DNA from: Ginglymostoma cirratum
Lineage: Eukaryota
NCBI GenBank assembly: GCA_024137785.1
Contig: JAHRHZ010000063.1
Location: 18,414,923-18,478,922, forward strand
Direction of reading: 5' to 3'
DNA length: 64,000 nt
Positions 37,431 through 49,905 of this stretch are shown one piece after another. How positions within the stretch are numbered: position 1 is the first letter of the stretch; each line of letters begins with the position of its first letter. Below the pieces are notes generated by a model, which saw only the letters and a program-made list of their open reading frames with translations, did not search any database and was not told the DNA's origin. Both the position numbers and the translations under genes were made by a program.

Positions 37431-37930
37431 GTGACAACTTCCAGGTGCCGGCTGCGCACGAAGGTCAAACAGCGGGGACATGGATTCTCCCTCCTCCCCG
37501 AATCCTTCATCCACCGCCTCCTCCCCCCTCCCCCGGAGACAAGCGGAAATCCCGGGAACCCTACACCGCCTGCTGCGCCCTCAGTCACCGCCACTCACCC
37601 ACATTCCAGAAGGTTCTCAACAATCCGGCCCGAGCCAGACCCACCAGCCTGGCCGCCATACTAACGGAACCGGAACTACCGGCACGCACGGTCCGCCCGC
37701 CAATCCTCTCCCTCCTCCCCGCCGCGGTGTTCACCTTCACTCTTCCCCCAACCCCCGTCCCCTCTCGGAAGTTGTGGTCGCTGCTCCTGATAATTAAAGG
37801 TAAAAAAAACAAAGAGAGGACGCGTTTGGAAATGCGATTCCGCTCGGTTAATAAATAGAGGTGAATTCGAGGGAATTTCTTATTCCTGGGGCCTGGTTAT
37901 TGAGCTTCTTTCTCCCTGAGCCGCAGGGCC
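37430..37930. promoter_or_regulatory. CpG-island bidirectional promoter NDUFS3/KBTBD4, with candidate KBTBD4 non-coding exon 1 ending at 37799
   Basis: CpG-dense; ETS/GABP-like CGGAA motifs (CGGAACCGGAAC ~37665, CGGAAGT ~37766); donor AAG|GTAAAA at 37800; same head-to-head arrangement as in mammals. Confidence 0.75.
37599..37659 (-). CDS. NDUFS3: NADH:ubiquinone oxidoreductase core subunit S3, exon 1 (MAARLVGLARAGLLRTFWNV, mitochondrial presequence)
   Basis: ATG at 37659 in a CpG island, donor GTGAGT at 37598, phase 1. Join 37659-37599, 30178-30116, 28469-28372, 27817-27668, 23329-23204, 21997-21878, 21208-21041 = 786 nt, 261 aa. Confidence 0.85.
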
Positions 37931-37949
37931 TGAATAATGCACTTTCCTG

Positions 37950-38260
37950 CTGAATAATTTCACCCTTTTCAAAATAAATTTCTTCATTTAATAATTCCAT
38001 CTTCCTGTTTCATAACATACTGTTCTGCTTAATAATTTCCATTTTCTGTTTAATAATACTATTTTCTGCCTAATTTCCAATTTAATAATTTCTCCCTTTG
38101 TTCCATATTTTTTACTCAGTGAATCATTTCCCTTTCCTATTTAATAGTTCATTTCTGCTTAATAAGTTCATCTTTCTATTTAATGATACAACCTTCTGTT
38201 TCACAATTTCCATTTCATTTAATAGTTCACATTTCTGCTTATAATTGCACCCTTTTTTTG
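37950..38260. repeat. AT-rich degenerate ~20-bp tandem repeat (TTAATAATTTCCA..TTCTG)
   Basis: Recurring AATAATTTC units immediately 3' of the CpG island. Confidence 0.6.
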
Positions 38261-38904
38261 CAATCTAATTTTTAAAATTTGTTCATGTGACATGGACCTT
38301 ACTGCCTAGGCCAGAATTTATTGCTCATCACTAATTTACTTGAAAATGCAGTGTTGAGTCACCTTCTTGAGCCACTGCAGCCTGTGTGTTGTAGGCATGT
38401 CCACTGTGCTATGAGGAAGGGAGTTCCAGGATTTTGAGCCTATAAGCAAAGGAATGGTGATTTTAGTTTCAAATCAGAATGGTGTACAGCTTGAAAGGGA
38501 AATTGCAACTGATTTTGCCCTCCTAGGTGGTAGAGGCCACAGCTTTGGAGAGTGCTGTTGAATGTGCCTTGACAAGTTACTGCAGTGTATTTTACAGTGC
38601 TGTCACTGTACATTGATGAGGAAGGGAGTGAATGTTCAATGTGGTCGATAGGGTACAGTCAGTTGGCTACTTTGCCTTGAATGGTGTTGAGCTTGGGAAC
38701 CCCACTTATCCATATTATTCTTTCACACTCGTGACTTGTACCTAATTAGTTATGAACAGGCATTTGGGAATCGGGACAAGAGATACTGCGGAACTCCTAG
38801 CCTCTGACCAGTTTTTGTAGCCACAGTTTATGTATCTAGGTTCAGCTTCTGATCAATTTTAACTTCCAGTATGTTGATAATGTAGATTGCCATATTTCTG
38901 CTTA

Positions 38905-39990
38905 ATAGAGTCATAGAGATATACATCACGGAAACAGACCCTTTGGCCCATTACATCCATACCAACCGGATATCCTAGATAAATCTTGTCCCATTTGCCA
39001 GCATTTGGCCCATATCCATCTAAAGCCCTCCCATTCATGTACCCATCCAGATGCCTTTTAAATGTTGTAATTGTTCCAGCCTCCTCCACTTGCACTGGCA
39101 GTGCATTCCATACATGCACCACCCTCTGTGTGAAAAAGTTGTCCACTAGTTTTGGACTCCCCACCCTGGGGTAAATACCTCGCCTATTTACCCTATCCGA
39201 GCCCTTCACGATTTTATAAAGTTCTATAAGGTCACCCTTCAGCCTCCGACGCTCCAGGGAAAATAGCCCCAGCCTCTTCAGCCTCTCCCTATAGCTCAAA
39301 CCCTCCAACCCTGGCAACATCCTTGTAAATCTTTTCTGAACCCTTTCAAGTTTCACAACGTCCTTCCTATAGCAAGGAGACCACAAGTGAATGCAGTATT
39401 CCAAAAGTGGCCTAACCAATGTCCTGTACAACAATGGCATGTTGTACAGCTACAACATGACCTCCTAACTCCTATAGTCATTGCACTGACCAATAAAGGC
39501 AAACATACTAAATGCCTTCTTCACTATCCTGTCTACCTGCGACTCCACTTTCAAGGAACTATGAGCCTGCATTCCAAGGTCTGTTTGTTCAACAACACTC
39601 CCCAGGACCTTACCATTAGTGTATAAGTCCTGTCATGATTTGCCTTTCCAAAATGCAGTACCTCACATTTATCTAAATTAAACTCCATTTGCCACACCTG
39701 ATCAAGATCCCGTTGCACTCTGAGAAAATTCTTCACTATCCACTACACCTCCAATTTTGGTGTCATCTGCAAACTTACTAACCATGCCTCCTATGGTCAC
39801 ATCTAAATCATTTATATAAAGGAAAAAAAACAGTGGACCCAGCATCGATCCTGTGGCACACTGCCGGTTGACAGGCCTACAATCTGCAAAGCAACCCTCC
39901 ACCACCACCCTCTGTCCTCTACCTTTGAGCCAGTTGTCTATCCAAATGGCTAGTTCTTCCTGTATTCCATATGATCTAACCTTGCTATGC
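38905..39990 (-). mobile_element. CR1 LINE 3' fragment
   Basis: KFADDTK, LYRTLVRPLLEYC, LERVQKRFTRMLPG; tail at ~38905. Confidence 0.9.
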
Positions 39991-41098
39991 AGTCTGCCAT
40001 TGTCCCTTTTTATGTTAAATAATCAATATTTCTGTTCAATAGCTTAAATCTATGTGTTTAATAATTTCAGTCTCTCTTTCATCATTTTCACAACTTAATA
40101 ATTTCCACTTTAGTCTTGCTAAAAAAATGGCACTCGCCTAAGCTTTTCACCCTGCACGCATCAGGATTGCACTTGCTAATGTAAAGAGAAATAATATTTT
40201 TACGTTGTATGAGAAAAGATGCTGATTTATTAGCAAGTGGACTTTAGTCGAGGAATTAATAATGCACCTGTTAAGGGACAACTGACAGTTAACTGGCAAG
40301 CTTTGCATAATTTTAAATCACATAGGTATGACTGGCTCAGAGTATTAAACCAGAGAATGCTGTCTCCTATTTTGTTAAGATTAAACAGGTGTTAAGATTA
40401 AACTGCACATGTGTGAACAATTTTTCGCTGTCTGCAAGATAAAGGGCCCTTTCTACCGATATATAAGATATGAAGTACCCCACACAGTCAGCCTGGCTTA
40501 TGATCTGTTAGTCATCATCTAACTGGTACACAGTCAAATTGCATTTCCTTGTATTATCTATGTCTTGTTAAACATTGAATTTTTTTGCTGTATTTTTCCT
40601 GACGATACTGCCTCAGGAAATAAGGAAATTGTTAAAAGATACTCATTGCCACTCCAGGTCTTAGGTAGGGTTCCTACATAATTAGTTAAAATCCCATTCA
40701 GTGGTTTTTCAGAAGCTTGAATCAAGTTGTTTAAGTTCTGGTTGGGGTTTGTCTACTACCTGACGTGTTGCAGTTAAAATCAGATCATCCATGTTCTTAT
40801 TGAAAGGTGCAGCTGCTCAAAAGACCAAGTGGCTTATTCTTGTTCCTCGGTTGCATTTTCGTGTATTCAAGCAAGACATTGCTGCTTTATATTATTGGTG
40901 ATGTAAAATATTCACAATTGTGCTTTGTTAACATGGAGATTAGCAAAAGGAATGACTGGCTTTAAGTTTCTATTGTTGTAATAAGAGAGAAGTTTATGGA
41001 TTCAAAATACTTTAAATTTTCAAAATTTTAAAAAAATTTTTAACAATTTATTTTTTAATGTAATTATTCCTATAGGTCCTGCTTTACCAGTTGCTAAA

Positions 41099-41702
41099 AT
41101 GGAGCCAAATAGTGATGCAGGAGGTGCAGCCATTGCTGGAACAACAGATGAAAGTTATTTCATGAGCTATACTTTCACAGATAGATTCCATTCTGTGCGA
41201 GTTGCCCAGAGTATTATGGATCTGTGCCTTGAAGACCGGCTGTTCGCAGATGTTACCATCTCTGTGGAAGGCAAAGAATTCCAGCTCCACCGACTTGTGC
41301 TTTCTGCTCAGAGCTGCTTCTTCCGTTCCATGTTCACCTCTAATTTAAAAGAAGCTCATAATGATGTTATAGAACTCAAAGATGTGAATGCAAGTGTTTT
41401 CCAGCTTCTTGTGGACTATATTTACCGGGGCACTGTAAAATTGAGAGTGGAGGACCTCCAGGAGACATACGAGGTGGCAGATATGTACCAGTTAACGTCA
41501 CTTTTTGAAGAATGCTCTCGGTTTCTGGCTCGGACTGTTGACATCAGGAATTGTTTACAGGTCATGTGGTTAGCAGATCAGCACAGTGACCAGAAACTGT
41601 ACACTGCAGCAAAACAATGTGCAAAAACACATCTGTCACAGCTCCACAAGACAGAAGATTTCGTGAAACTACCTGTAAGGTTGTTTACAGATATCATTAA
41701 AG
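41099..41702 (+). CDS. KBTBD4: Kelch repeat and BTB domain-containing protein 4, first coding exon (BTB and BACK)
   Basis: YFMSYTFTDRFHS...FADVTISVEGKEFQLHRLVLSAQSCFFRSMFTSNLKEA; donor G|GTATGT at 41703. Join 41099-41702, 43061-43167, 46215-47072 = 522 aa. Confidence 0.95.
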
Positions 41703-41788
41703 GTATGTGTTTTTCTGTCTTCATTTTTGGAATGAGTCTTTCTTGAGTCCAGAAGGCTGTAACATATCTAAGCAGAAGTTCAGGTACT

Positions 41789-41898
41789 AGAGATAAAAGG
41801 ATTTTCTGATGAAGGGTTTAGGCCCGAAACGTCAAGTTTTCCTGCTCCTATGATGCTGCTTGACCTGCTGTGTTCATCCAGCCCCATGCTTGTTATCT
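41789..41898 (+). mobile_element. Short Penelope terminal-repeat insertion (family A) in a KBTBD4 intron
   Basis: 16-bp TSD CAGAAGTTCAGGTACT (41773-41788, 41899-41914); begins with a short inverted copy of the element end. Confidence 0.85.
41803..41836 (+). ncRNA. Minimal type I hammerhead ribozyme-like motif (family A), sense to KBTBD4 pre-mRNA
   Basis: CTGATGA (41806-41812) A GGGTTTAGGCCC GAAA CGTC. Confidence 0.6.
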
Positions 41899-43060
41899 CA
41901 GAAGTTCAGGTACTGTTCTTCAAGTTTGCATGGGTTCACTGAGACGCTGCAGCAGGTTGAAGACAGAACTACAAGCATGCAAACAAGGTGGTGAATTAAG
42001 TTGGAAGCATTGGATGCTCAGGATTATGCTTGTGGTCTAAGTGGAGGTGTTCTGCAAAGCGGCCACCCATCTGCAGCATTCTGCTTTTCACTTGTAACTA
42101 ATGATCTTCCCAGAAGTTCCCTTATTGGAAAAAATTGGAAATGTTTTTGCTCTGCTGTAGAAAAATTATCATTAGGGGGCCAGATTAAGGAGGCTGCAAT
42201 AGAATCTGATTGATTTGTGAATCACATTGAGGTATTAAGTATAAACTGAAGTACACACATATACTGGAATTGATACATCTCCATTGAAAGTTGTTGGGAT
42301 GTTTTACACAAGTAATGACAATGTCCCTACTTCTGAGCCAGAAGTTAATGTTCCGTACTATGACTTCCAGAAACTCCAAGTTCATGTTCCATATCATGAC
42401 TTGGTGACCAATGAATGTGCACTAATAATATGGCCAAACACCTTGATTATCAATTTTCCAACAAAACCCAATGGGAGGCAGTAAGAAGGGAAAAACGAAA
42501 GAACATTGGTGCCTCTACCATCACTATCCATATCTCCAAGCTAAAATATGTGTGTAAAAGTGCAAGTTCCACAATAAGGTGAGGTAGTGGTGAGTAGTAA
42601 TGTCACTGAGCTGGTAATCCAGAAATGAGGGCTAATGCTCTGGGGACATGGGTTCAAATCCCAATCTAGCAGATGGTGAAATTTGAATTCAACAAAAATC
42701 GCCAATAAAAAGCTGATATAATGACAGCAATTGTTGTAAGTACCCATCTGAATCACCTATGTCCTTTAGGAAGTGAAATCTACCTCCTTATCTGGTCTGG
42801 CCTACGTGCGATTCCAGATCTAAAGCAATGTGCTGACTCTTAACTGCCCTTTAGGCAATTAGGCATGGCTAATAAATGCTGGCCTAGCCAGTGACACCCA
42901 TATCTCATGAACAGATTGTAAAAACTCAAACTCTGAGTAAACTGCAGCATACCATCATCAAATAAGGTTGGTAGCCAGAAAAAAAAAATCAGCTTAGTGT
43001 GGATTATATCAAAACATACTAGCAAACTAAAAAATATGCTTTTCTTTCCTGGTACTATAG

Positions 43061-43167
43061 ATGGTGTTCCTAGCTCTCAGAAACCTGCCAAAGCCATAGA
43101 AACATGGATAGATCACAACAAGGAAGAGCGAGCACAGTACTCTGAGAACCTGACATCCAGTTTAAAG
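43061..43167 (+). CDS. KBTBD4: KBTBD4 second coding exon (DGVPSSQKPAKAIETWIDHNKEER...SLK)
   Basis: tatag acceptor and AAG|GTATGT donor; phase 1 to 0 fits the flanking exons. Confidence 0.92.
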
Positions 43168-44572
43168 GTATGTTACCTCAAAACTAGACCACGCAAGTAC
43201 CTTCTTTCCCCAATACAAGTTGAAACTAATATTTCCTGTGAGTGTGAAACGGAAGAATTCCTGCAGGATAGTGCTAATTATAGAGTTTGGGGCTTGGCTT
43301 TTACCTTTTCTGGAAACACATTATTCCAAACTTTTCCAAATAGTGAGAAGGATTATCAGATAAGTGACGAATGTTGGTTTAGTGGTAGAGTTCTAAATAA
43401 TGCAACACCCCTCCATGGAAAAGTCCCTTTTGAGCTTCAGGACATCATGGCAGGACTCTTCAGAGAAGCATCCTCAGCTCAACCATCTGCAACTCCTCCA
43501 TCAGAAGGATTGGGATTGTCTACTGACAGTTTCAGTATTCAGTCTTGATGGCATCTTCAATAATGGAACTGTCCATGTTACATTCCAGTAAGGACTGGAT
43601 AATATCCAAGTTTGAGCAGTTAAGTGACATGTTACATGTATGCCAGATAGAAGTAGTCCATGACTATCTTGAACAAGAGTGCCCAATCATCTCCCCTTGT
43701 CTTTCAAGATCCACAGCCATTGACAGATTTCCCTGTAATGAGGGCAATTACCATTGACCAGAAGTTAACTGGTCCTGCAGACCAGCACAATGGCTATAAG
43801 GGCAAATCAGAGTTTGAATACCCTCAACGACTCTCAATATGCAACCTTCCCAGAAGGACAAAGGAAATGTTCAAGGATAGACTGAAAGTTTCCTTGAAGC
43901 ATAGCCGAATGGATATTAATGATGCAAAGAAGCTTGCTACCAATCATTCAAACTAGCAACTTGTTCATCTAGCTGCAATATGCTTTGAGACGAAAGACAA
44001 CAGTAGCAGAGAAGTTAAAAGGAAGCCAGTCCTCCACTCTGGATCTCACTACTTCATGAGACATCCTACTCCATCTGCTTAACGATCTATGCGTCATGAA
44101 TCAGCCTGTTCAGTCATATTCAGTCAGGCAGAAATTTGGAGGCCCATGGCAGAACATGCCATGAATAGACATCATTTTGAATCAATGGACAGCTGACAAT
44201 GGCAGCCCCATGATGAGTAGCTCATCCCCTGTTTCTCAAAATTTCTCCATTGAAAGACTGAATTAGAAATATGATGGAATACTTACAGTTGCTTAGATAG
44301 GCACAACTAAGCAATGCCTAATCCAGAACGCCTCTAAAAGATTGATATTCATATTGAACTTCACGCTGTTTTTTTCACCAATCCACAGTAACTGTAGTTG
44401 ACAACATTATTTTGACAAAAACTCGCTCTCCCTAATCACCCCTACAATTCAGGGCATGAAAGCAATGTCACAAGAAAACTCTTACCTACAAATGCAATAG
44501 ACCAGCTTGATTTGACTTTTATTTGCTGTCCCTGTTGCTTCTGATTGGGTATCCTAGAAGTTTCCATCTGGA

Positions 44573-45125
44573 TAACAAGCATGGGGCTGGATGAACACAG
44601 CAGGTCAAGCAGCATCNNNNNNNNNNNNNNNNNNNNNNNNNNNNNNNNNNNNNNNNNNNNNNNNNNNNNNNNNNNNNNNNNNNNNNNNNNNNNNNNNNNN
44701 NNNNNNNNNNNNNNNNNNNNNNNNNNNNNNNNNNNNNNNNNNNNNNNNNNNNNNNNNNNNNNNNNNNNNNNNNNNNNNNNNNNNNNNNNNNNNNNNNNNN
44801 NNNNNNNNNNNNNNNNNNNNNNNNNNNNNNNNNNNNNNNNNNNNNNNNNNNNNNNNNNNNNNNNNNNNNNNNNNNNNNNNNNNNNNNNNNNNNNNNNNNN
44901 NNNNNNNNNNNNNNNNNNNNNNNNNNNNNNNNNNNNNNNNNNNNNNNNNNNNNNNNNNNNNNNNNNNNNNNNNNNNNNNNNNNNNNNNNNNNNNNNNNNN
45001 NNNNNNNNNNNNNNNNCAGCAGGTCAAGCAGCTCCTATGATGCTGCTTGACCTGCTGTGTTCATCCAGCCCCATGCTTGTTATCTCGGATTCTCCAGCAT
45101 CTGCAGTACCTTTTATCTCTGATAC
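44573..45125. mobile_element. Penelope family-A inverted pair spanning a 400-N gap
   Basis: Inverted copies either side of gap 44617-45016; 14-bp TSD AGTTTCCATCTGGA (44559-44572, 45126-45139). Confidence 0.8.
44617..45016. other. Assembly gap (400 N)
   Basis: N run. Confidence 1.
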
Positions 45126-46214
45126 AGTTTCCATCTGGAACCATTTTAGGAGCTGCATCATCACAACTTTGGGATGGGCTAGAAATTCAATCTTACAATG
45201 TTGGCTGTGTCTTGAGTACCAATTTTAAAAATCGCAGTTTAACGTTTGAAAGCAAAATCATTGAATGTTATTTTTCCACTCAGACTATATCTATTTTTAT
45301 GAAGTTCACTTATCAAAAGCTTATTAAAGATCATGATCTGAGTAAACTGTGGACCAGTGAAGCAGGATTTAATATACTTACAGTAAAACCGAGGCAGAAG
45401 CCCCCTTAACCATCTATTACGGTACAGATTCATTGAGTGGGGTGTATTGTTTGGTAAGTGGTGATACCAGTATAAGCTGCCAAAGTAGGAGTTTATCTGA
45501 TGGTCCTCTAAAAGTTAAGGTTTAATCAGAATCAAATGTAATTTGAAACTTAGTGATTTAACGAGAGGCCATTTTTGTTAGGCATCACTGCAATAATCAC
45601 CAAATGCATTGGTCTGATTGTTCCAAGTTTAATATCTAATCCTTCCTTTATTTTCCTGGCAAGACCAGAAAAGATGATCTTGCCACAGTTTGAAAATGCA
45701 AATAAATTTAGCCAGTATTCATCTTTTCTAGGATTAAGTTTTAATTTTGTAATACATTTTAATTACTAACCAAAACTGGTCTTAGCAAAAATTGTAGGTA
45801 ATTCACAATAGATTTTCAAACAATACATTATCGCTTGATATTTTAAAGTGGATTGTACAACTGTTTTGCTGTGAGAGTTATACAATGCAATGCAACACAA
45901 CACAGCACAGGAACAGGCCCTTCGACCCACCAAATTACTGGTTTGCCAGTATGTATTCTCCGCAGAAACTGATCGAAAGAAGACCTTTTTGATTTACTCT
46001 AAAGTCAGACCAAAAGTACTTTTTGTGATAACAGGGAAATGATTCAACAAGTCATAGTGAGCACTTAAGTCATCCTAGCAAAGGAAGATAGTCTTTTGGA
46101 ATCCTCCCATTAACTAAATACCTGTGCAGCTTGTATTAATTTTAAGATTATTATCTAAAGATTAAACTGTACCATTGTTGTTTATCAGGTTTGGAATTTT
46201 TTTGTCTCATACAG

Positions 46215-47072
46215 GAAATTGGCGAAATTGTTCATATTTATCTGATTGGAAAAGAAGACACTCGGACTCACTCACTTGCAGTTTCTTTACATTGTGATGA
46301 TGACGCCATCAGTGTCAGTGGACAAAATAGATTGCGTCAGCAGATTACGGCTGCGTGCAAGCATGGCAGTGACTTATATGTTGTGGGTGGCCCCATTCCA
46401 CGCCGAATGTGGAAGTGTAATATGGAGACAATGGACTGGGAACAGTGTGCATCACTGCCAAGAGATCGGCTTCAGCACACACTGGTATCTGTGCCAAGTG
46501 AGGATGCCATTTATTCACTCGGTGGAAAAACTCTACAGGATACGCTATCCAGCGCTGTCATTTATTATGTGGTCCGTGATAATGTATGGATTGAAACCAA
46601 TCAGCTGGACACTGCAGTATCTTGCGCTGCTGGTGTTAACCTGAATGGAACTATTTATCTTCTGGGTGGGGAGGAGAATGACCTGGATTTCTTTACCAAA
46701 CCATCACGTCTCATCCAATGTTTTGACACGCACTCCAGAACGTGCCAATTAAAATCATACCTTCTCCCCTTTGCAGGCCGTATGCATGCTGCTATTCACA
46801 AGGACCTGATTTTTATTGTAGCTGAGGGGGATTCTTTGGTTTGTTATAATCCTTTGCTCGACAGCTTCACCAGACTGCGTTTCCCAGAGGTATGGAGTCG
46901 TGTGCCTTCCCTCTGGAAGATTGCAAGTTGCAATGGATGTATCTATGTTTTCAGAGATAAGTGCAAAAAGGGTGATGCCAATACATTAAAACTGAACCCA
47001 GCCACATCTGTGGTGTCAGTAATTAGTGGAATTGAGATACTGCTGACGAATTGGCAATTTGTTTTGGCATGA
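46215..47072 (+). CDS. KBTBD4: KBTBD4 last exon (kelch propeller)
   Basis: EIG...YVVGGPIPRRMWKC...LLTNWQFVLA*; acceptor acag at 46214; AATAAA at 47606. Confidence 0.96.
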   Translation, partial: EIGEIVHIYLIGKEDTRTHSLAVSLHCDDDAISVSGQNRLRQQITAACKHGSDLYVVGGPIPRRMWKCNMETMDWEQCASLPRDRLQHTLVSVPSEDAIYSLGGKTLQDTLSSAVIYYVVRDNVWIETNQLDTAVSCAAGVNLNGTIYLLGGEENDLDFFTKPSRLIQCFDTHSRTCQLKSYLLPFAGRMHAAIHKDLIFIVAEGDSLVCYNPLLDSFTRLRFPEVWSRVPSLWKIASCNGCIYVFRDKCKKGDANTLKLNPATSVVSVISGIEILLTNWQFVLA

Positions 47073-49221
47073 TTTCAAGTCAAAACTGCAATTCACCCTT
47101 GCAGGACTGTTTTGCATTGTGAATGTTTGTCAAAGTTCAGTGTTATGACTTAATTCAGTATCAATCCATAATTGTACGTCTTGTTTTCCCATATCCAATA
47201 GTGATCAGATGTTTGTTACATTTAACAGGAGATTTAAATGCAGATTTTAGCTCTTTAGTATATTGGCCACAACATTTTTGTTTCTAAATATTGCAGTTGT
47301 GATCAAAATTTGATTTTTTACATATACTGCCTCACAAACTATATTGATCCCATTTGAAATTAAAACAGTAGTGTAAGGATAAGAAAAGGGAAGCTTCATA
47401 ATTCTATGTAAGTGTTATGTCCAAAAATATTTTTCACTAAAGCAAGCAGCAACATTATTTTCAACATTACTTTTATCTTAAAACTATGCTATCAGTTCCT
47501 TTTATAACAGAAATAATGTAGTTCTGCAATAAGTGCTTGAACAAATGGATATTGATGTTTTAAGTCTGATCAGGGAACATTTCCTCTATGTCCCTACATA
47601 TGTGTAATAAACTTGCTCTTTGTAAATAGGCTTCCAGTTTTATTGCATACAGCATACAGAGGAATGGTCGACAATACTTTTGTTAAAGTATGTTGCACTG
47701 TGGAACAGTGGGCTGCTATAAGTGTACATTACAGCATTGAATAATCATCTCTACTCTGCATCTGCAAGACCCACGCTCCGAGTATTAAATTTAACAGGCA
47801 CCATAAGTCCCCAACCTTCAACTGAAAAGTCAGGAGATTGGGGTCCACCCTGCAGAAGAATAGCTGCCCTGATTTTTTTTGTTAATATACTGGAGGCAGG
47901 ATATTCTGTACTTGGGGGAACTGGAGGAGGCATGCAACATGCAGTTGAAAATGATGAGTGTTTGGTGTCTCACCAAGGCTATGTTTTCAGGCCCTAGCTA
48001 AGGCAGAATGGGTACCACAGTTTGGGAGGTCAGTGTGGGTAGACAGCTTAGGGGAGTTGGTAAAATCTTGGGTCCACTGATAGACTCAGAAAACCTGATA
48101 AGGAGGAACCCACCACCAGACCAAGTAAGAAATTTTGTCTACATGCTTAGCCCGGGCCTTTCCCACAAATAAAACCCTCAGATGGGTATAATTGTTTATT
48201 TGAGAGCTCCAATTGGCCCACCAGCAGGCAGAAGCTGATCAGACCTTCCACGTGATCTAATGTGCCCTCCAACCCAACCTTCAAACCCTCTTGTGGGCGA
48301 TGCTAGATCCAAACCCTAATTTCTCATTTCTACCAAGGACTCCTCAAGAAGGAAAAAAATTTCTGAGGACGTTATCACACTTCACCTGTTTAGCAGACCT
48401 AAAGGCAGGTAACCCAGTAACCTTCTGACCAACAGGAGCAGGTAGCATGACAAAGAAGGCAAGTTGCTAAAACAATTTAGATGGACATAGAGAGGCTAAA
48501 CTAATTACCAACTCAATACTGGCATAACTTTGATAAGTAGGGCAGATGGCCCAATAATCAACATCACAGAAGCAGATTATCTGGTTATTGATTTTCTGGG
48601 AATTTGTTTACTAATTGGTCACTGCACTCCTACAACAGTGACAACACTCCAAAGTTACACCAGAGCCTGTAAAATGCTTTGGGATATCATGAGGTCATAG
48701 AAAATGCTACATTTCCTACCCCCCCACCCCCGCCAAACTCCTTTATTCATTAACAGGATGAAGGCATCACTGCTAGGCAGCATTTATTTGCCCAAAGGCA
48801 GTTCAGAGTCAACCACGTTGCTGTGGGTCTGGATTTATGTGTAGGCCAGACGTGGTAAGGATGGCAGTTTCCTTCCCTAAAGGGCATTAGTGTCCTCCCC
48901 AACTATCGGCAATGGATTCATGGCCATCATTAGATTCTTAACTCCAATATTTTTTTTATTGAATTCAAATTCCGCCATCTGCTGTGGTGAGATACAAACC
49001 CGGGTCCCCAGAATATTATCTGGGTCTCTGGATTAACAGTCCAGCGATAATACCACTAGGCCATTGCCTCCCCTTCAATTGTTTTTTAAAAAAAAACCCT
49101 TGCCAAGTCCAATCAATCTGTCAGAATTTTGGATTCTATGAAACGTGTTTATGATCAAAGTCTGTCTTGATACTGTTGTTTGGTAGTATAAAACTTGAAT
49201 ATTGCTTAAAAAAAGTATTTT

Positions 49222-49905
49222 GTCAAAGATTTTCATTTGCAGTTAATAGCAATTTTCAAGAAATACCAATGTGAAGGAAAACATTTATATGTATGAGAGG
49301 AGAGTGTTGATTGGTGGGAAAATGGTCTCTTGTTGGTAGATACATTGTCACAGAGAATATATTATTTAATGAGGACTGACAGTTAACTTCTAAGCTTTGT
49401 TTAAATTTTAAACCAGACAGGTTGACTTTGCTTAAGGCATTTCCCTATGAAATGCATCAGAGAATGCCTATCATCTATTTTACTGAGTTGAAACAGGCAC
49501 AGTGTGCGTTCTTTCTGTATACAGATAATATGGCCCTGTGTATTAATATATGTAACTTCCAGTACATAGAAGTGTGCCACTCTGTGACCTTGACTGGCAA
49601 TTTGTTGTCAGTGTAATTCTTTGCACATTTGGGATTATTTAGCAAGTGTTATCCAAGCACAGAAATAGAACTAAGTTTCACAAGTGCAGGCTGTTTAGGT
49701 AATTGGTTTCTTGCTAGTTGTGAACAGCCAGAGCAATGTATTGTTTGACACAATCTGCAAGGCTTTGGCCTACATTGCACTGGCACTAAGTTTCACTTGC
49801 CAACCAATTAGCACTCTCCTCTTACACAGTAAACATGTTATTTTCCCTATACATGAATAGTTTTTGAGAATTGTTATGATGTGTGAAAGATAAAAAGCTT
49901 TGACA
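49222..49905. mobile_element. Dispersed repeat with ~120-bp inverted termini (family C); related copy at ~40130-40620
   Basis: GAGAGGAGAGTGTTGATTGGT (~49295) is inverted to ACCAATTAGCACTCTCCTCT (~49803); internal ACTGACAGTTAACT...AAGCTTTG shared with ~40281. Confidence 0.6.

Noticed and set aside
36664-37434. 256-aa Pro/Ser-rich ORF
   Set aside because: By-product of the C-rich low-complexity repeat
43168-43548. Extension of the KBTBD4 ORF to 183 aa
   Set aside because: Intron read-through beyond the donor at 43168
46215-47072. Kelch-propeller ORF near RAG1 as a RAG2-like partner
   Set aside because: It is the last exon of KBTBD4, spliced to BTB exons, with no acidic hinge or PHD finger
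47675-47702. Cryptic 12-RSS on the - strand: CACAGTG-12 nt-ACAAAAGTA
   Set aside because: Nonamer matches only 6/9, no partner RSS or V/J segment, and this is plausible by chance in 64 kb; an RIC score would settle it
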